From Anaeramoeba ignava BMAN (Eukaryota; Protista; Anaeramoebae): DNA of 64,000 bases. Shown piece after piece: positions 51,495-64,000 of the stretch (within the stretch, counting starts at the first letter, position 1; the number at the start of each line of letters is the position of its first letter). The notes beneath the pieces were generated by a model. The model was not told the origin of the DNA. It was given only the letters and a program-made list of their open reading frames with translations, and did not search any database. A program made the position numbers and the translations under genes. The stretch spans positions 62,001-126,000 of the forward strand of contig JAPDFW010000022.1 in NCBI GenBank assembly GCA_028826165.1, read 5' to 3'.

Positions 51495-51771
51495 GTATTA
51501 CCTTTTTTTCTTTTTCTCCAAAAAGAAAAGAAAATTTTAAACAAAAAAAAAATGAAAAAAAAAATGAAAAAAAAAATGAAAAAAAATTAAAAAAAAATAT
51601 TGTTTTTGTTCTTATTTTTCAAAAAAGAAATCAAACAATTTCAAACTTTTTTTTTCCATTTCTTTTATTAATTTCTTAAATCAAATTAATCGAACATCGA
51701 TCAATTTTTAAAAAAGAAAAAAGTAAAATTGATCATAAAAAAGATTCGAATTCAAAAAAAAAAAAAATGAA

Positions 51772-53172
51772 TCAAAAAATGCCTTCAAAACTTTCATTCG
51801 GAGACAAAGAATCAAGTGAAGAAAAATTCCAATCATTAGCAATTTTCTCATTTAAAGAAGTATTTTGACTACTCTGTTTTGATTCGGGATTTGGATCATC
51901 ACAAATAAGTGGAGATTTGGTCTGGCAAATGGGATGAGTTGTTGGTAAAGCAAAATCAGGATCATCCGAATCTGTAATGACATAAGATTCCAAATAGTTT
52001 CGGTTCACTGAAGTTATTTTTTCCAGTGAAAGTGCTGAAATTTCCCCAAAAATTTTTTGTTGTGATTGAAATAAAACTTTTAATAAATTTCTTGAGTTTT
52101 CAAGTGATCTTGAGCGATTTATTGTTTGAGAAATGGGTGTTTTTTTCTTTTTCTCGTTTGTGTTTCCAGTTGTTATTTCTTCAACTTCATTTGCAAATTT
52201 ACGAAAATGTGGATTATTTGCTAATTGTGTGGGGTTTATAACAGAAATTTTTGAAATTGAATTTCTTTCTAAATTTGATTCTTGTTTAGTTTGATCGTCA
52301 AAATTATTGAAAATAGATTTTGTGTTTTTTGTATTTTCAATAAAATCTGTGATTGCTTTTGCAATAAATGATTTTGTTTGTTTGAGTTGATCTTGATTTG
52401 TTGTTTTATTTTTTGTGTTAAGAATTCCAAGTGAGTTTTGCTGATCTGTAAATTTTTTTGAATTTAGTGAATCTGAATTTTGTTTGTTTGTTTTTTCTTC
52501 TTTTTTTGATGAGTCGAATATATCTTTATTGATTAATTGAAACAACTTTGAGTCATCGGTTTCATAAAATGGTTCTGAGGAAAAAGGAAAAAGTTTTTGA
52601 GTTGATTGAGTATTTTTAAGTTGATTTAAATTCAAATTATCTTTATTTGGATTTTCTTTTTTTATTTTATTTAGATTTTCTTTTTTTATTTTATTTGAAT
52701 TTTCTTTTTTTATTTTATTTGAATTTTTTGCTTCTTCATTTTCTAATGATTCTCCTGTTTTTTGTGTTTTTGTTTTTTTTCCTATTTTTTGTGTTTTATT
52801 CTTTTTAATTTTATTTTCAGAATTTGAGTTTTCTGAAGCATTTGTAACTTTTCTTTTTTTTTTTTTTTGAATTTTAAGATTTGACTTTGATTTTGACTTT
52901 GATTTTGATTTTGGCTTTGATTTTGACTTTGATTTTGATTTTGATTTTGATTTTGATTTTGATTTTGATTTTCTTTTATGAACTTCTCTTTTTAAACCAC
53001 CTCTAAAACGTAGATTTGTTTTGGCTCCATGAATTGGTGGTCTATGTTTTAAATGTGTTTTATAATAACATCCACATGCATTACATAAATATGGAAAATC
53101 TGGTGCTGGTCCTCGTCTCCATGTTGGTGAGTTTCTAGTTCCACAATTCGCACAAATTCCTTCTTTTTGCAT
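51772..53172 (-). CDS. GATA-type zinc finger transcription factor
   Basis: CANCGTRNSPTWRRGP..LCNACG..RP followed by a basic region; likely start MQKEG at 53172. Confidence 0.9.
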   Translation of the reverse strand: MQKEGICANCGTRNSPTWRRGPAPDFPYLCNACGCYYKTHLKHRPPIHGAKTNLRFRGGLKREVHKRKSKSKSKSKSKSKSKSKSKPKSKSKSKSKSNLKIQKKKKRKVTNASENSNSENKIKKNKTQKIGKKTKTQKTGESLENEEAKNSNKIKKENSNKIKKENLNKIKKENPNKDNLNLNQLKNTQSTQKLFPFSSEPFYETDDSKLFQLINKDIFDSSKKEEKTNKQNSDSLNSKKFTDQQNSLGILNTKNKTTNQDQLKQTKSFIAKAITDFIENTKNTKSIFNNFDDQTKQESNLERNSISKISVINPTQLANNPHFRKFANEVEEITTGNTNEKKKKTPISQTINRSRSLENSRNLLKVLFQSQQKIFGEISALSLEKITSVNRNYLESYVITDSDDPDFALPTTHPICQTKSPLICDDPNPESKQSSQNTSLNEKIANDWNFSSLDSLSPNESFEGIF

Positions 53173-53544
53173 TAATGTAAAAAGAAAAATGACACTTGAT
53201 TTGATCTTCATAAGCAAAAAATTTTTTAATTTTTTAATTTTTTAATTTTTTAATTTTAATTTTAATTTTTTAATTTTTCATTTTAATTTTAATTTTAATT
53301 TTTTAATTTTAATTTTAATTTTTCATTTTAAATATTAATTTTAATTTTAAATACTAATTTTAATTTTAAATATTAATTTTAATTTGTTGAGTTTTTTTTT
53401 CTTTTTATTTTTAAATCCAAAATTAAATAAAACAAAAATTAATAAAAAGAAACAAAAATTATCCATTTTTTTTTTTTGGAAAAGTTATTAAAGTTATAAG
53501 ATCAAAAAAGAAAAAGAAATAACTAATTATAATTCCAAAACATT

Positions 53545-55690
53545 TTAATATTTATTCCAATATTTATTTTAATATTTATTCCAATATTTATTTTAATATT
53601 TATTCCACTTTTTATTCCATGTTTTAATATTTATTTTTATATTTATTCCAATATTTATTCCAATATTTATTTCAATATTTATTCCACTATTTATTTTAAT
53701 ATTTATTCCAATATTTATTCCAATATTTTAATATTTATTTTAATATTTATTCCAATATTTATTTTAATATTTATTCAATATTTATTTTAATATTTATTTT
53801 AATATTTATTTTAATATTTATTCCAATATTTATTTTAATATTTATTTTAATATTTATTTTAATATTTATTCCACTTTTTATTCCATGTTTTAATATTTAT
53901 TTTTAATATTTAATTTAATATTTATTTTAATATTTATTCCAATATTTATTCCAATATTTATTTTAATATTTATTTTATTTATTTTAATATTTAATTTAAT
54001 ATTTATTTTAATATTTATTTAATTTATTTTAATATTTAATTTAATATTTATTTTAATATTTATTTTAATATTTATTTTAATATTTATTTTTAATATTTAT
54101 TTTTAATATTTATTTTAATATTTATTTTAATATTTATTTTAATATTTATTTCAATTTTTATTCCAATTTTTAATATTTATTTTAATATTTATTTTAATAT
54201 TTATTTTAATATTTATTTTAATATTTATTTTAATATTTATTCCAATATTTATTTTAATATTTATTTTAATATTTATTTTTAATATTTATTTTAATATTTA
54301 TTTTAATATTTATTTTAATATTTATTTTTAATATTTTTAATATTTATTTTAATACTTATTTTAATATTTATTTTAATATTTATTTTAATATTTATTTTTA
54401 ATATTTATTTTAATATTTATTTTAATATTTATTTCAATATTTATTCCAATATTTATTTTAATATTTATTTTAATATTTTATTTTAATATTTATTTTAATA
54501 TTTATTTTAATATTTATTTTAATATTTATTTTAATATTTATTTTAATATTTATTTTAATATTTATTTTTAATATTTATTTTAATATTTATTTTTAATATT
54601 TATTTTAATATTTTTAAATATTTATTTTAATATTTTATTCAATATTTTATTCCAATATTTATTCTAATATTTATTCCAATATTTTTAATAGTTATTTTAA
54701 TATTTATTTTTAATATTTATTTTTATTTATTTTTTTTTATTTAATTTTATTTATTTTTATTTATTTTAATATTTATTCCACTTTTTATTCCATGTTTTAA
54801 TATTTATTTTTAATATTTATTTTAATATTTATTTTAATATTTATTTCAATATTTATTTTAATATTTATTTTAATATTTATTTTAATATTTATTCCAATAT
54901 TTATTTTAATATTTATTTTAATATTTATTCCACTTTTTATTCCATGTTTTAATATTTATTTTAATATTTATTTTAATATTTATTTTAATATTTATTTTAA
55001 TATTTATTCCACTTTTTATTCCATGTTTTAATATTTATTCCAATATTTATTTTAATATTTATTCCAATATTTATTCCAATATTTATTCTAATATTTATTC
55101 CAATATTTTAATAGTTATTTTAATATTTATTTTTAATATTTATTTTAATATTTATTTTAATATTTATTTTTAATATTTATTTTAATATTTATTTTAATAT
55201 TTATTCCACTTTTTATTCCATGTTTTAATATTTATTTTTAATATTTAATATTTATTTTTAATATTTATTCCAATATTTATTCCAATATTTATTTTAATAT
55301 TTATTCCACTTTTTATTCCATGTTTTAATATTTATTTTAATATTTATTTTAATATTTATTCCACTTTTTATTCCATGTTTTAATATTTATTTTAATATTT
55401 AATATTTATTCCAATATTTATTTTAATATTTAATATTTAATATTTATTTTAATATTTATTTTAATATTTATTCCACTTTTTATTCCATGTTTTAATATTT
55501 ATTTTAATATTTATTCTAATATTTATTTTAATATTTATTTTAATATTTATTTTAATATTTTTTTTAATATTTATTTCAATATTTATTTTAATATTTATTT
55601 TAATATTTATTTTAATATTTTTAATATTTAATTTAATATTTATTTTAATATTTAATTTAATATTTATTTTAATATTTATTTTAATATTTA
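53545..55690. repeat. Intergenic minisatellite, 12-bp unit AATATTTATTTT/CC with interspersed CCACTTTTTATTCCATG variant
   Basis: About 2.1 kb tandem array read directly. Confidence 0.93.
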
Positions 55691-56814
55691 TGAAATTAAA
55701 AAAAAAAAAGATTCCGATCTCCTTTTAAAACAAATTTTTTATTCATTTTTTTTGTTAAGTTTATTTAAGAAAAAAAATTTTTTTTTTTTAAAAATTTTAT
55801 ATCCCTGCTTTCAAATTTAAAAAAGTTTTTATTATTAAAATGTAAAAAAAAAAGAAGCAAATGAGAATTTATCATTGTTCTTCTTTTTTGATTTTTTATT
55901 ATTATTGAATTGGACAAATTAACTTCTAAAATTTTCAATAAATTTTAGAAATAGAAACAAAAATAAATAAAGAATATGAGTTGATCTAATACTAATTGAA
56001 AGAAACTAAGCTAAAAATTAAAATTAAAATTAAAATGGTGAATGAATTTTAAAAGAAGAAAACAAAAAAAAAATTTTTTTTAATTATTTTTTTTTTATTT
56101 AAATTTTTTTTTATTAATTTTTATTTTTTTTTCTTTCACAAAAATTCATTTTTTTTCTTTTTGAACTCCTTTTTTTTTATGTATCTGATCAGATCAAAAT
56201 ATTAAACATTTCCTTTTTAAATAAATTATAATTAGAAAAAATAAAACTATAATTAATAATAACAAAAACCATTCAGTAAATTTTACTTATTTTTTCTTTA
56301 GATTTCTTTTCATTTTTTTACTATAAAAAAATTTTTTTTTTCATAAAAATGTTTTTTCTTAAATCATTTTTGAAAAAAAAAATATAAAAAGAAACAGGAA
56401 AAAATAAGTGAAATTTACTGGTTGAATAACGGAAAATAAATTACAATATTTAATACTTTAACCACAATTTATCAAATATGATGGAAAATAATAAAAAATA
56501 TTAATAATAATAATCCGATTATAATTAAAAAATAGAACAAAATTGTGAATTTGAAAAATTAAATAAAAAAAACAAATTCATCTTTAATTAAAAAATTATA
56601 TAAAAAAAAATAAAAAACAATTCAATTTATAATTCAAGTGTTAAAAGTCGAATTTTGAAATATAAATATAAAAAAATTTTTCTTAAATTCTTTACTAATT
56701 TATGTTATTTATCTTTTCAAATAGTTTTCTTTCCTTTTTTTATTTCAAAAAAAAAAAACAAATTTGTTTTTTTATTAAAATAATAGAATCTTATTAATTA
56801 TTTGTTTAGTGATA

Positions 56815-57546
56815 ATGAATACGAACGAAATAGAAATGAATATTGAAGAAAATGCTCGATTACAAAATTTAATAGCGAAACTTATAAAAGAAATACAAAA
56901 TAAAGAAGAAGAAACAATAAAAACAACTATAGAGTATCTGAGAACACAAAATTATCTTTCGCAACAAATAAATGAAGACTGGAAGCTATTTATTGATTTG
57001 ATTGAAACGGCCATTTCTAATCAATCCTTTTGGATAGAGACGGAAACAAAAGCCAAAATCATTTTTATTTGTCACAAGCTTCTGCATTTTATTTTAATAA
57101 AAAATTCACAGTCGAATACGAATTTTGAAATGTATAATTCTCAAATGAGGGAAATACACACAAATTTAGTTATTTGGCAAAAGGAATTATCGAGAAGTTT
57201 GGATCCTGATTTAAGCGAGTTATTTTTTCAAGTGTATTGTTTAGAGAAAGCGATAAAAATGATGTTGCTTTCGGACAAGAAGCTGATCAGTATATTTTAC
57301 AAATTGCTTGGGATGATTTATCATATTGATATACTCAGAGATGAAGAAATTGATGAAAATGAAAATGAAAATAATAACAACAATGAAAATAATAATGAAA
57401 ATAATGAAAATAATAATAATAATAACAATGAAAATAATAATAATAATAACAATGAAAATAATAATGAAAATAATAATAGCGATATCGAACTTGATATTGA
57501 AGATAATGATAACGATAATGATAAACAGATGAATTTAGATAATGAA

Positions 57547-57584
<38 letters not shown>

Positions 57585-60500
57585 TAAAAATAAAAATAAT
57601 ACTGCTGATATTATTAGTAACTACTCAGTGTACAATTATTTCCAAATATTGATCATGTATTTAACAACAAATACAAACCAAGAAATCTCTAAAGAAATCA
57701 AAAATAAGCTTCTATTCTTGAAACATCCTCATTGGACTGTTTTATATATTTATATCCGTATTTTCTACCAAAAACGTATACAAAATAACGCTGATGATTT
57801 GCGGTCTTTTCTTCATGGTTTGGCATCTGTAAAATATAGCTCCTATTGGAGGGTGAGAAAAGAGATGTTTTTCGCCTTCAAAATGCTTCAAAAAACATAT
57901 CAAAATGGAGATGATTCGCAGGAAATTAACAAAGAAATGGAGAGGTTCAAATACGAAGAATCTCATCCTGTTGTACGGAATTTATTTTCAGAAAAGAAAC
58001 CAAGCGAATATACAGCAGTTCTTTATTTTCTGGAAGAAACAACAACGGATAGAGGAGATTTTAACGAAAAAATGTTAGTATCTTTGGTGAAAAATGTTGT
58101 TGTTAGCAAAACAAAAAAGAAGATTTTGAATATTCCACATTTGTGGAACGTTCCTAAGAAAGAAACAAGAATACTGAATTCGAGAAGTTTAAATGAAAAT
58201 GAAAATGAAAATGAAAATCAAAACAATACTTACAAAAATGGAAACGGGCCAAGAAACGCCCAGATACAATTCATAAATGCGCGTATGAATGAGATCCGCA
58301 ATCAATTCGCTACCCAAAATATTGTTGTACTCTACGGAAAGCATGGATCAGGAAAAACAATGATTGCCACACAATATACACATTACTCTCAAGAGTTACA
58401 CCCACAGATCCTATGGATTACAGGTAACTCAGAAATTGGGGTGCGGATTCAAATGATTTTCTTTGCAAAACAAATAGGACTTCTTTATTTCATCAAAAAT
58501 GAGGAACATCTTCTCGAAAAATTGAATGGATTTTTTAACAGACAAAAGGATTGGTTAATAATTTACCAAGATCTTTCTGAGGAGATGGCACAAAGTCCAT
58601 GGTTTCTTAAAACAAACACAAAAACATTAGTGACGACTAGTTCGAAAAAAATCGGAGAATCATTGAATCCGATCAAATTTGGTCGAATTAGTGCAGATGA
58701 AATTGTGCAAGCTGTGTCGAGTTATCCTCAAAATTCAGTGAGAAACACACTTGTGGAAACATATCCGATTGGACACTGTTTGGTTGACTTTATTCTTGTT
58801 GGGGAAATGGTGCTTGGACGAGATATTCAACTACAAAGTCTTGAAAGCATTAGAAATCAATCATATAAAAAACAGATTCATGCGGTTGTTTCTGAAATAC
58901 TTGTTGAATTGAATACAAAGGATCCGTTTGCAGTGGATGTTTTGTTCACGTTTTTCTTCATTTCGAAAAAACTGAAGTATGAGTTTGTAGAGTATTTAGC
59001 CGAGAAACTTGAGGAAGAAAAAAATAATTTAAATGAAAATCAAAATCAAAATCAAAATCAAAATCAAAATCAAAATCAAAATCAAAATCAAAATCAAAAT
59101 TTAAATCAAAATCAAAATCAAAATCAAAAAACGGAAAATACACCCGATGCAAATATTTATATCCCATACAAAAAACTTAGCAAGGAGACACGGAAAACAG
59201 TCCAAACACTCCTGGATCTCCAATTAATATACGAAATAGACGAACGTTTTTTTGGAATTTCAAGAGTTTTGGAGAATGAGATAAAAGAATTATTTGAATC
59301 AAGCGAACAAGAAAAAACAGGACGATATTTTTCTCTTGCAACAAAAACACTGAGTAGTTATTTCCGGAACGCATCTTTATCAGGAGTGATGGAGAGCATA
59401 GCAAACATTGAGAGTCTTATAGGATGGTTCAATCATTTCAAGAAGGAAAACAATCTTATTCTTTACGATGTTTTGTATATTGCAAATCGTGGACTTGAAA
59501 TATTCCCAGCGAAACCTGTGTATGAGGGAGTAATGCGGAATTTTGCAGAGAAGATCCAACAGACAGTGGAAGATGTAGGGGAAACAACAACGCAAGAAAA
59601 GTCTGCATATGCAGAGACGCTTTTTACACTTGGGAAATCATATGCGAATGAGAATCCTCAAAAAACAATAGAATATCTTGATTTGGCAGACAGCATCCCG
59701 AGTAAGTCGATCGAGTGCGCTGAGAACATTGTGTTCTATCGTTTGATCGCGAAGCTTCAAATGAACAAAAACGATCCTGAACTACCACGACTTGTGGATA
59801 GTGTGAACGCATCTATTGCCAATGCAGAAAAGGATCGGAAAAAGAAATTGAAACTTTTATACACATTTGCCGGGATTATTTACCAATATTCAAACCAAAA
59901 GGACTCTATTGAGTATTTCAAGAGGGCACTTTCTGTGCGCGATAGAAAGGAGACAAAATCAGATCTTGAGTGCGATTGCGAGATGTTTCTAGGGCTTGCG
60001 CAGGTGTCAACAAGAATGAACGATGAAGCAGAGCAGACATTTGTATCTGCAATTGAATCATATAGCGCGCTCTATGGCAGCACATTCCATAGGGTTGCAT
60101 CATGCTATATGGGGCGGGGATTCAACGAAAAGAGTCGGCATTCTGAAGGTGTTGCTGAGAAAACAAAGAACGAAAAACGTGCGCGTGAGATGATGGAAAC
60201 TTCATACCGAATATACCATCTGATTTCTCCTGATGAACTCAAATCAAAAATCATGTCTTCACTCCACATCGCGGCGTTTTCAATGAAAAACAGAAGCAGA
60301 CTTTCCGCCGCGAAAATGCGTCTCACAAACGCGCTTGAAATCACATCAACAATCCTCGGCGAGGATGACCAATTCACTCAACTTTTCGCAAGACAACGCG
60401 ACGAATGCTCGCGCGGTTTGTTTGTTCTCGAGAATATCAACGCGCAGAAAAAACAGCGCGAAACCACACACGCTCGACGCAGCATGCAGTATTCAGACAT

Positions 60501-61875
60501 CGCACTGCTGTCCTTCGAGACAACCGACGCCGATCTCACAGACCAAAACTCCGAAGACGGACAGATCCTCTTCGAAGAGCATTTGAACGAGCTCAAACAC
60601 AAGCATCCCAATCCTTCTGATCTTGCCAAAGTGCTGCATTCCTTCGCAGAAAGTCTCATCAAAAGCGCACGCTTCAACGACGCGCTTCAATATGCAGTCG
60701 AGGCACGCAGCATCTACGACAGACTCAATATCCACGATTACGATTGCGATATTGTACTTGGAAATATTTATGCCGGTTTGCGTGACCAAGAAAATTTCGA
60801 ACGGCAAATCCAACATATCCGAAATTGGATTGGCAAAAGTGAGAAAAAAGAAGATCATTTTCTCCAAATTTTGGATTGTGAATATCTCTCCGCAAATTTC
60901 TACTACCAGATCCGCCAATTGGATTCTGCGGATGAGAAGGTGAAGGAAATCATGAGCATATACACAAATCACGAGGATCGGGATTTGAGCAACAAAGAGA
61001 AGCTTCTTTTCTCCAAGACGCATCTTGTGTCAGCATACATTCACTATTCTCGCAATTTCTTCCAGGCAACCTGGCGCAGTGCTCTTCGCGCACTTGAGAT
61101 GGTGAAGAGCATGAAACCCGAGCCTGATCAAGAGGTGCTTGCTCTTGCTCATTGGGCCATCTTCTACGGTTACCGTTCTGATGAGGAATACAAGAGCGAA
61201 ACCCCGACTCATGAACAAACTATTGAGTCCCATTTTCTTCAAGCTTATGAAGCCTTCAAGAAAACCTCCCTTAAACCCCAAACTGCTCTTTGCCACCGCT
61301 TCGCATCAGACATCTTCGCCCAGAAAAACATCGATAACAAATCCCCTCTTGATCATCTCCACGACGCCCTTGCCATCTATCAATCCCTTAAAGGCAGAAA
61401 AAATCAACAAATAGAAACTCTTAATCAAATGGGAAAACTCATGCTTGATAAAAAAAATATTACAGATGCTCTCGCTCACTTCAAAAATGCAATCGATATT
61501 CAGACTGATGACTATCTCAATGAGAAATACAAATCTTTCCACTTCATCTCACAGATCTATTTATCCCAGAAGAAATTCGAAGAATCAATCAAAAGCATCC
61601 ATTCTGCAATTGATTTATGCCAAAAATTCCTTAATTCTTCAGACACACAATCCAGTGAATATCTTGGTGATCTTTACTTCAGTTGCGGTGAAATTTATGA
61701 ACAAATCCCTTCAAACCCAGATTCAGATGAAAAAGACACTTTCAAACAACTCTCTTCAGAAAACTTCAAAAAAGCTTATGATATCTATTCTCAAGTTCTT
61801 AAGGAAGACGATAAAAAACTTAAAAAAGCTCAATCAAAAGCAAATCCTTCAAAAACTTCTTGCGATTTAATGTAG
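56815..61875 (+). CDS. STAND (NB-ARC-like) NTPase with TPR repeats and C-terminal CAAX (NLR-like)
   Basis: VVLYGKHGSGKTMIATQY (Walker A), ILWI, WLIIYQDL (Walker B-like), LVTTS; helical TPR-like repeats (SIEYFKRAL, DALQYAVEA, DALAHFKNAI); ends CDLM; single uninterrupted ORF. Confidence 0.82.
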
Positions 61876-61897
61876 ACAATTTTAAAAACGAATTTTG

Positions 61898-62070
61898 AAT
61901 CTTATTCAAAATCTTATTCAAAATCTTATTCAAAATCTTATTCAAAACCTTATTCAAAACCTTATTCAAAACCTTATTCAAAACCTTATTCAAAACCTTA
62001 TTCAAAACATTATTCAAAATCTTATTCAAAACCTTATTCAAAATTTTATTCAAAATCTTATTCAAAATCC
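61898..62070. repeat. 12-bp tandem repeat CTTATTCAAAA(T/C)
   Basis: About 14 copies just after the NB-ARC/TPR stop codon. Confidence 0.9.
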
Positions 62071-62477
62071 CCTTTTATGTATTTAAATCCTTTTCTTTTA
62101 ATTTCAATTCATTTCATCAAATTTTATGTATCTAGAACTTTCAAAAAAAAAAGAACTTTATTTGTAGCTAAATTTTTTCAAACCATTTCCATCTTTCATT
62201 TCTCAAAATAAATTGATCAAATCAAATCAAATTAAATTAAATTAAATCAAATCAAAAAGAATTTGTATCAATTATTTTTTTTTTTCACCTTTAATTTCTT
62301 TTTTTTTTTCTTTTGAAATTCACTTTTTAATTCTTTCTTTTATTTGAGTATCAAAACTCAAATTTTTTTTTTTGAATAAACCTCTTTTTTTTTGCTTTTA
62401 AAAAATGAAAAAGAAAAAACAAAAACAAATTATGATTTGAAAGAAAAAGAAAAAGAAAGAAAAAAGAAAAAAGAAAA

Positions 62478-64000
62478 TTATTTAAATGAAGAATATTCTG
62501 AATCAAAAATAAGCATTGGAATATTGATATTTGAACTAAATTTAACTTCATATTCATTTAATTTGTTTAAAATTTCTTCATATTCTACTTTTTTAAAATA
62601 TCCTAAAATCCATTTTAAAACTTCATTTATTCCATTTCCAAAATCTTTTGAATATTTTCTAAATAATTTAGGAAGTAATATTTTTTTTGATTTTGTACTA
62701 ATAATAACATTTTTTTCAATAAATGTTTTTGTTGTTGTTTCAAGTTCTTCTTCATAATTTTGATTATAATATACTCTAACTGGTGATCCCATCCAAAAAT
62801 TAACAATTCCAAAATGTATTCTTGGATCTAATTTCTTAATTGAATAATTACTTCTTTCATCGTTTGTTTTAAAATGTTTACTTTTTATTCCTTTTCCTTG
62901 ATTTTGTCTTAATATTCCATTTTTGATATCATTTAATGAAAAGAAATATTTTCCAATTTGATATTTAGTTTCATTCATAAATTTATTTTGTGCTTTTTTT
63001 TCTCCTGTTGTTCCTTTCAATATTATTCCATGAATAGATAAAACATTATAAATATTGATGAAAAATGGTATTAATTCTTCTGAACTTAATTCATTCAATT
63101 CAACATTTTGTAATTCAAGTGTTGCTAATGCAAATCTTCTAAAACTAACTGAATGTGAAACTGAATCAAGTGTTATTGTTTCAGTACTTATCGAATAATT
63201 AGCTGAACATATATCAATAATTTTCTCACAAAGTTCTTCTGCAACAACGCATGGATGTCTTGATACATATTTATATTCAAATTGTGAATTTAATGCTTTG
63301 GATTCTCTTAATCCTTTAGTTATATCAATCTTTATTTTAATTTTAATTTTAATTTTAATTTTAATTTTAATTTTAATTTTAATTTTAATTTTAATTTTAA
63401 TTTTAATTTTAATTTTAATTTTAATTTTAATTTTAATTTAAATTTTAATTTTAATTTTAATTTAATATTAATTTTAATTTTAATTTTAATTTTAATTTTA
63501 ATTTTAATTTTAATTTTAATTTTAATTTTAATTTTAATTTTAATTTTAATTTTAATTTTAATTTTAATTTTAATTTTAATTTTAATTTTAATTTTAATTT
63601 TAATTTTAATTTTAATTTTAATTTTAATTTTAATTTTAATTTTAATTTTAATTTTAATTTTTAATTTTAATTTTAATTTTAATTTTAATTTTTAATTTTA
63701 ATTTTAATATTTTTACTTTTTGATTTTAATTTTGATTTTAATTTTAATTTTAATTTTAATTTTAATTTTAATTTTAATTTTAATTTTAATTTTAATTTTA
63801 ATTTTAATTTTAATTTTAATTTTTTTACTTTTTTGATTTGAGGAATATTTTCTAATGTTTTTTTTTGATATCTAATTCTTAATAATTTATATATATTAGA
63901 ATTAATAAATGCACTCCAAAAATTTTGTTCTAAAATGTTATAAATGTTTTCTTGAAGCTATTTTGATTTTTATAATTTTTTAATTTTTATAATTTTATAT
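62478..64000 (-). CDS. Inverted paralog of the RGS-DUF547 gene (3' exons; 5' part beyond the window)
   Basis: The 206-aa terminal ORF is identical in protein to 42320-42940; the preceding exon and intron positions are conserved. Confidence 0.9.

Noticed and set aside
59600-61500. Horizontal transfer of the NB-ARC/TPR gene inferred from high GC, and overlapping antisense ORFs
   Set aside because: Other long exons also rise in GC internally and the gene carries host-type NQ/N repeats, so GC alone is insufficient. The antisense ORFs are expected by-products of higher GC.

Overview
This is an extremely AT-rich, intron-rich eukaryotic (protist) window using the standard genetic code and GT-AG introns. 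Gene content, repeat-filled introns and TCATTTT initiator-like motifs suggest a metamonad/amoeboid protist such as Anaeramoeba (inference only). About 20 host genes could be reconstructed by hand, many of them multi-exon and missed or fragmented by the ORF track: EEP phosphoesterase, membrane-tethered ATF6/CREB3-like bZIP, divergent actin, PH-domain protein, 7TM protein resembling the plant RGS1 7TM module, TRAPPC13, CH-domain protein, macrodomain protein with an 11-nt microexon, SAP30-like, CK2 beta, atypical Rho, Rab21-like, PAS-RGS-DUF547 (plus an inverted paralog at the right edge), V-ATPase E, cathepsin L-like, AMPK alpha, GATA factor and a 1,686-aa NB-ARC/TPR protein ending in a CAAX box. 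The most striking locus is 31.9-38.2 kb. There, a tandem array of four 5' fragments of tRNA-Gly(GCC) leads up to the intact tRNA. The last spacer is interrupted by a 5,076-bp DNA transposon with 27-bp perfect TIRs, AG..CT ends and a TTAA target duplication (Kolobok signature). It encodes a Zn-finger DDE transposase probably fused to a Ulp1/SENP-like protease. Many introns are inflated by intron-specific minisatellites, and there is a ~143-147-bp-unit satellite. Several single-base frameshifts in base runs suggest residual consensus errors.
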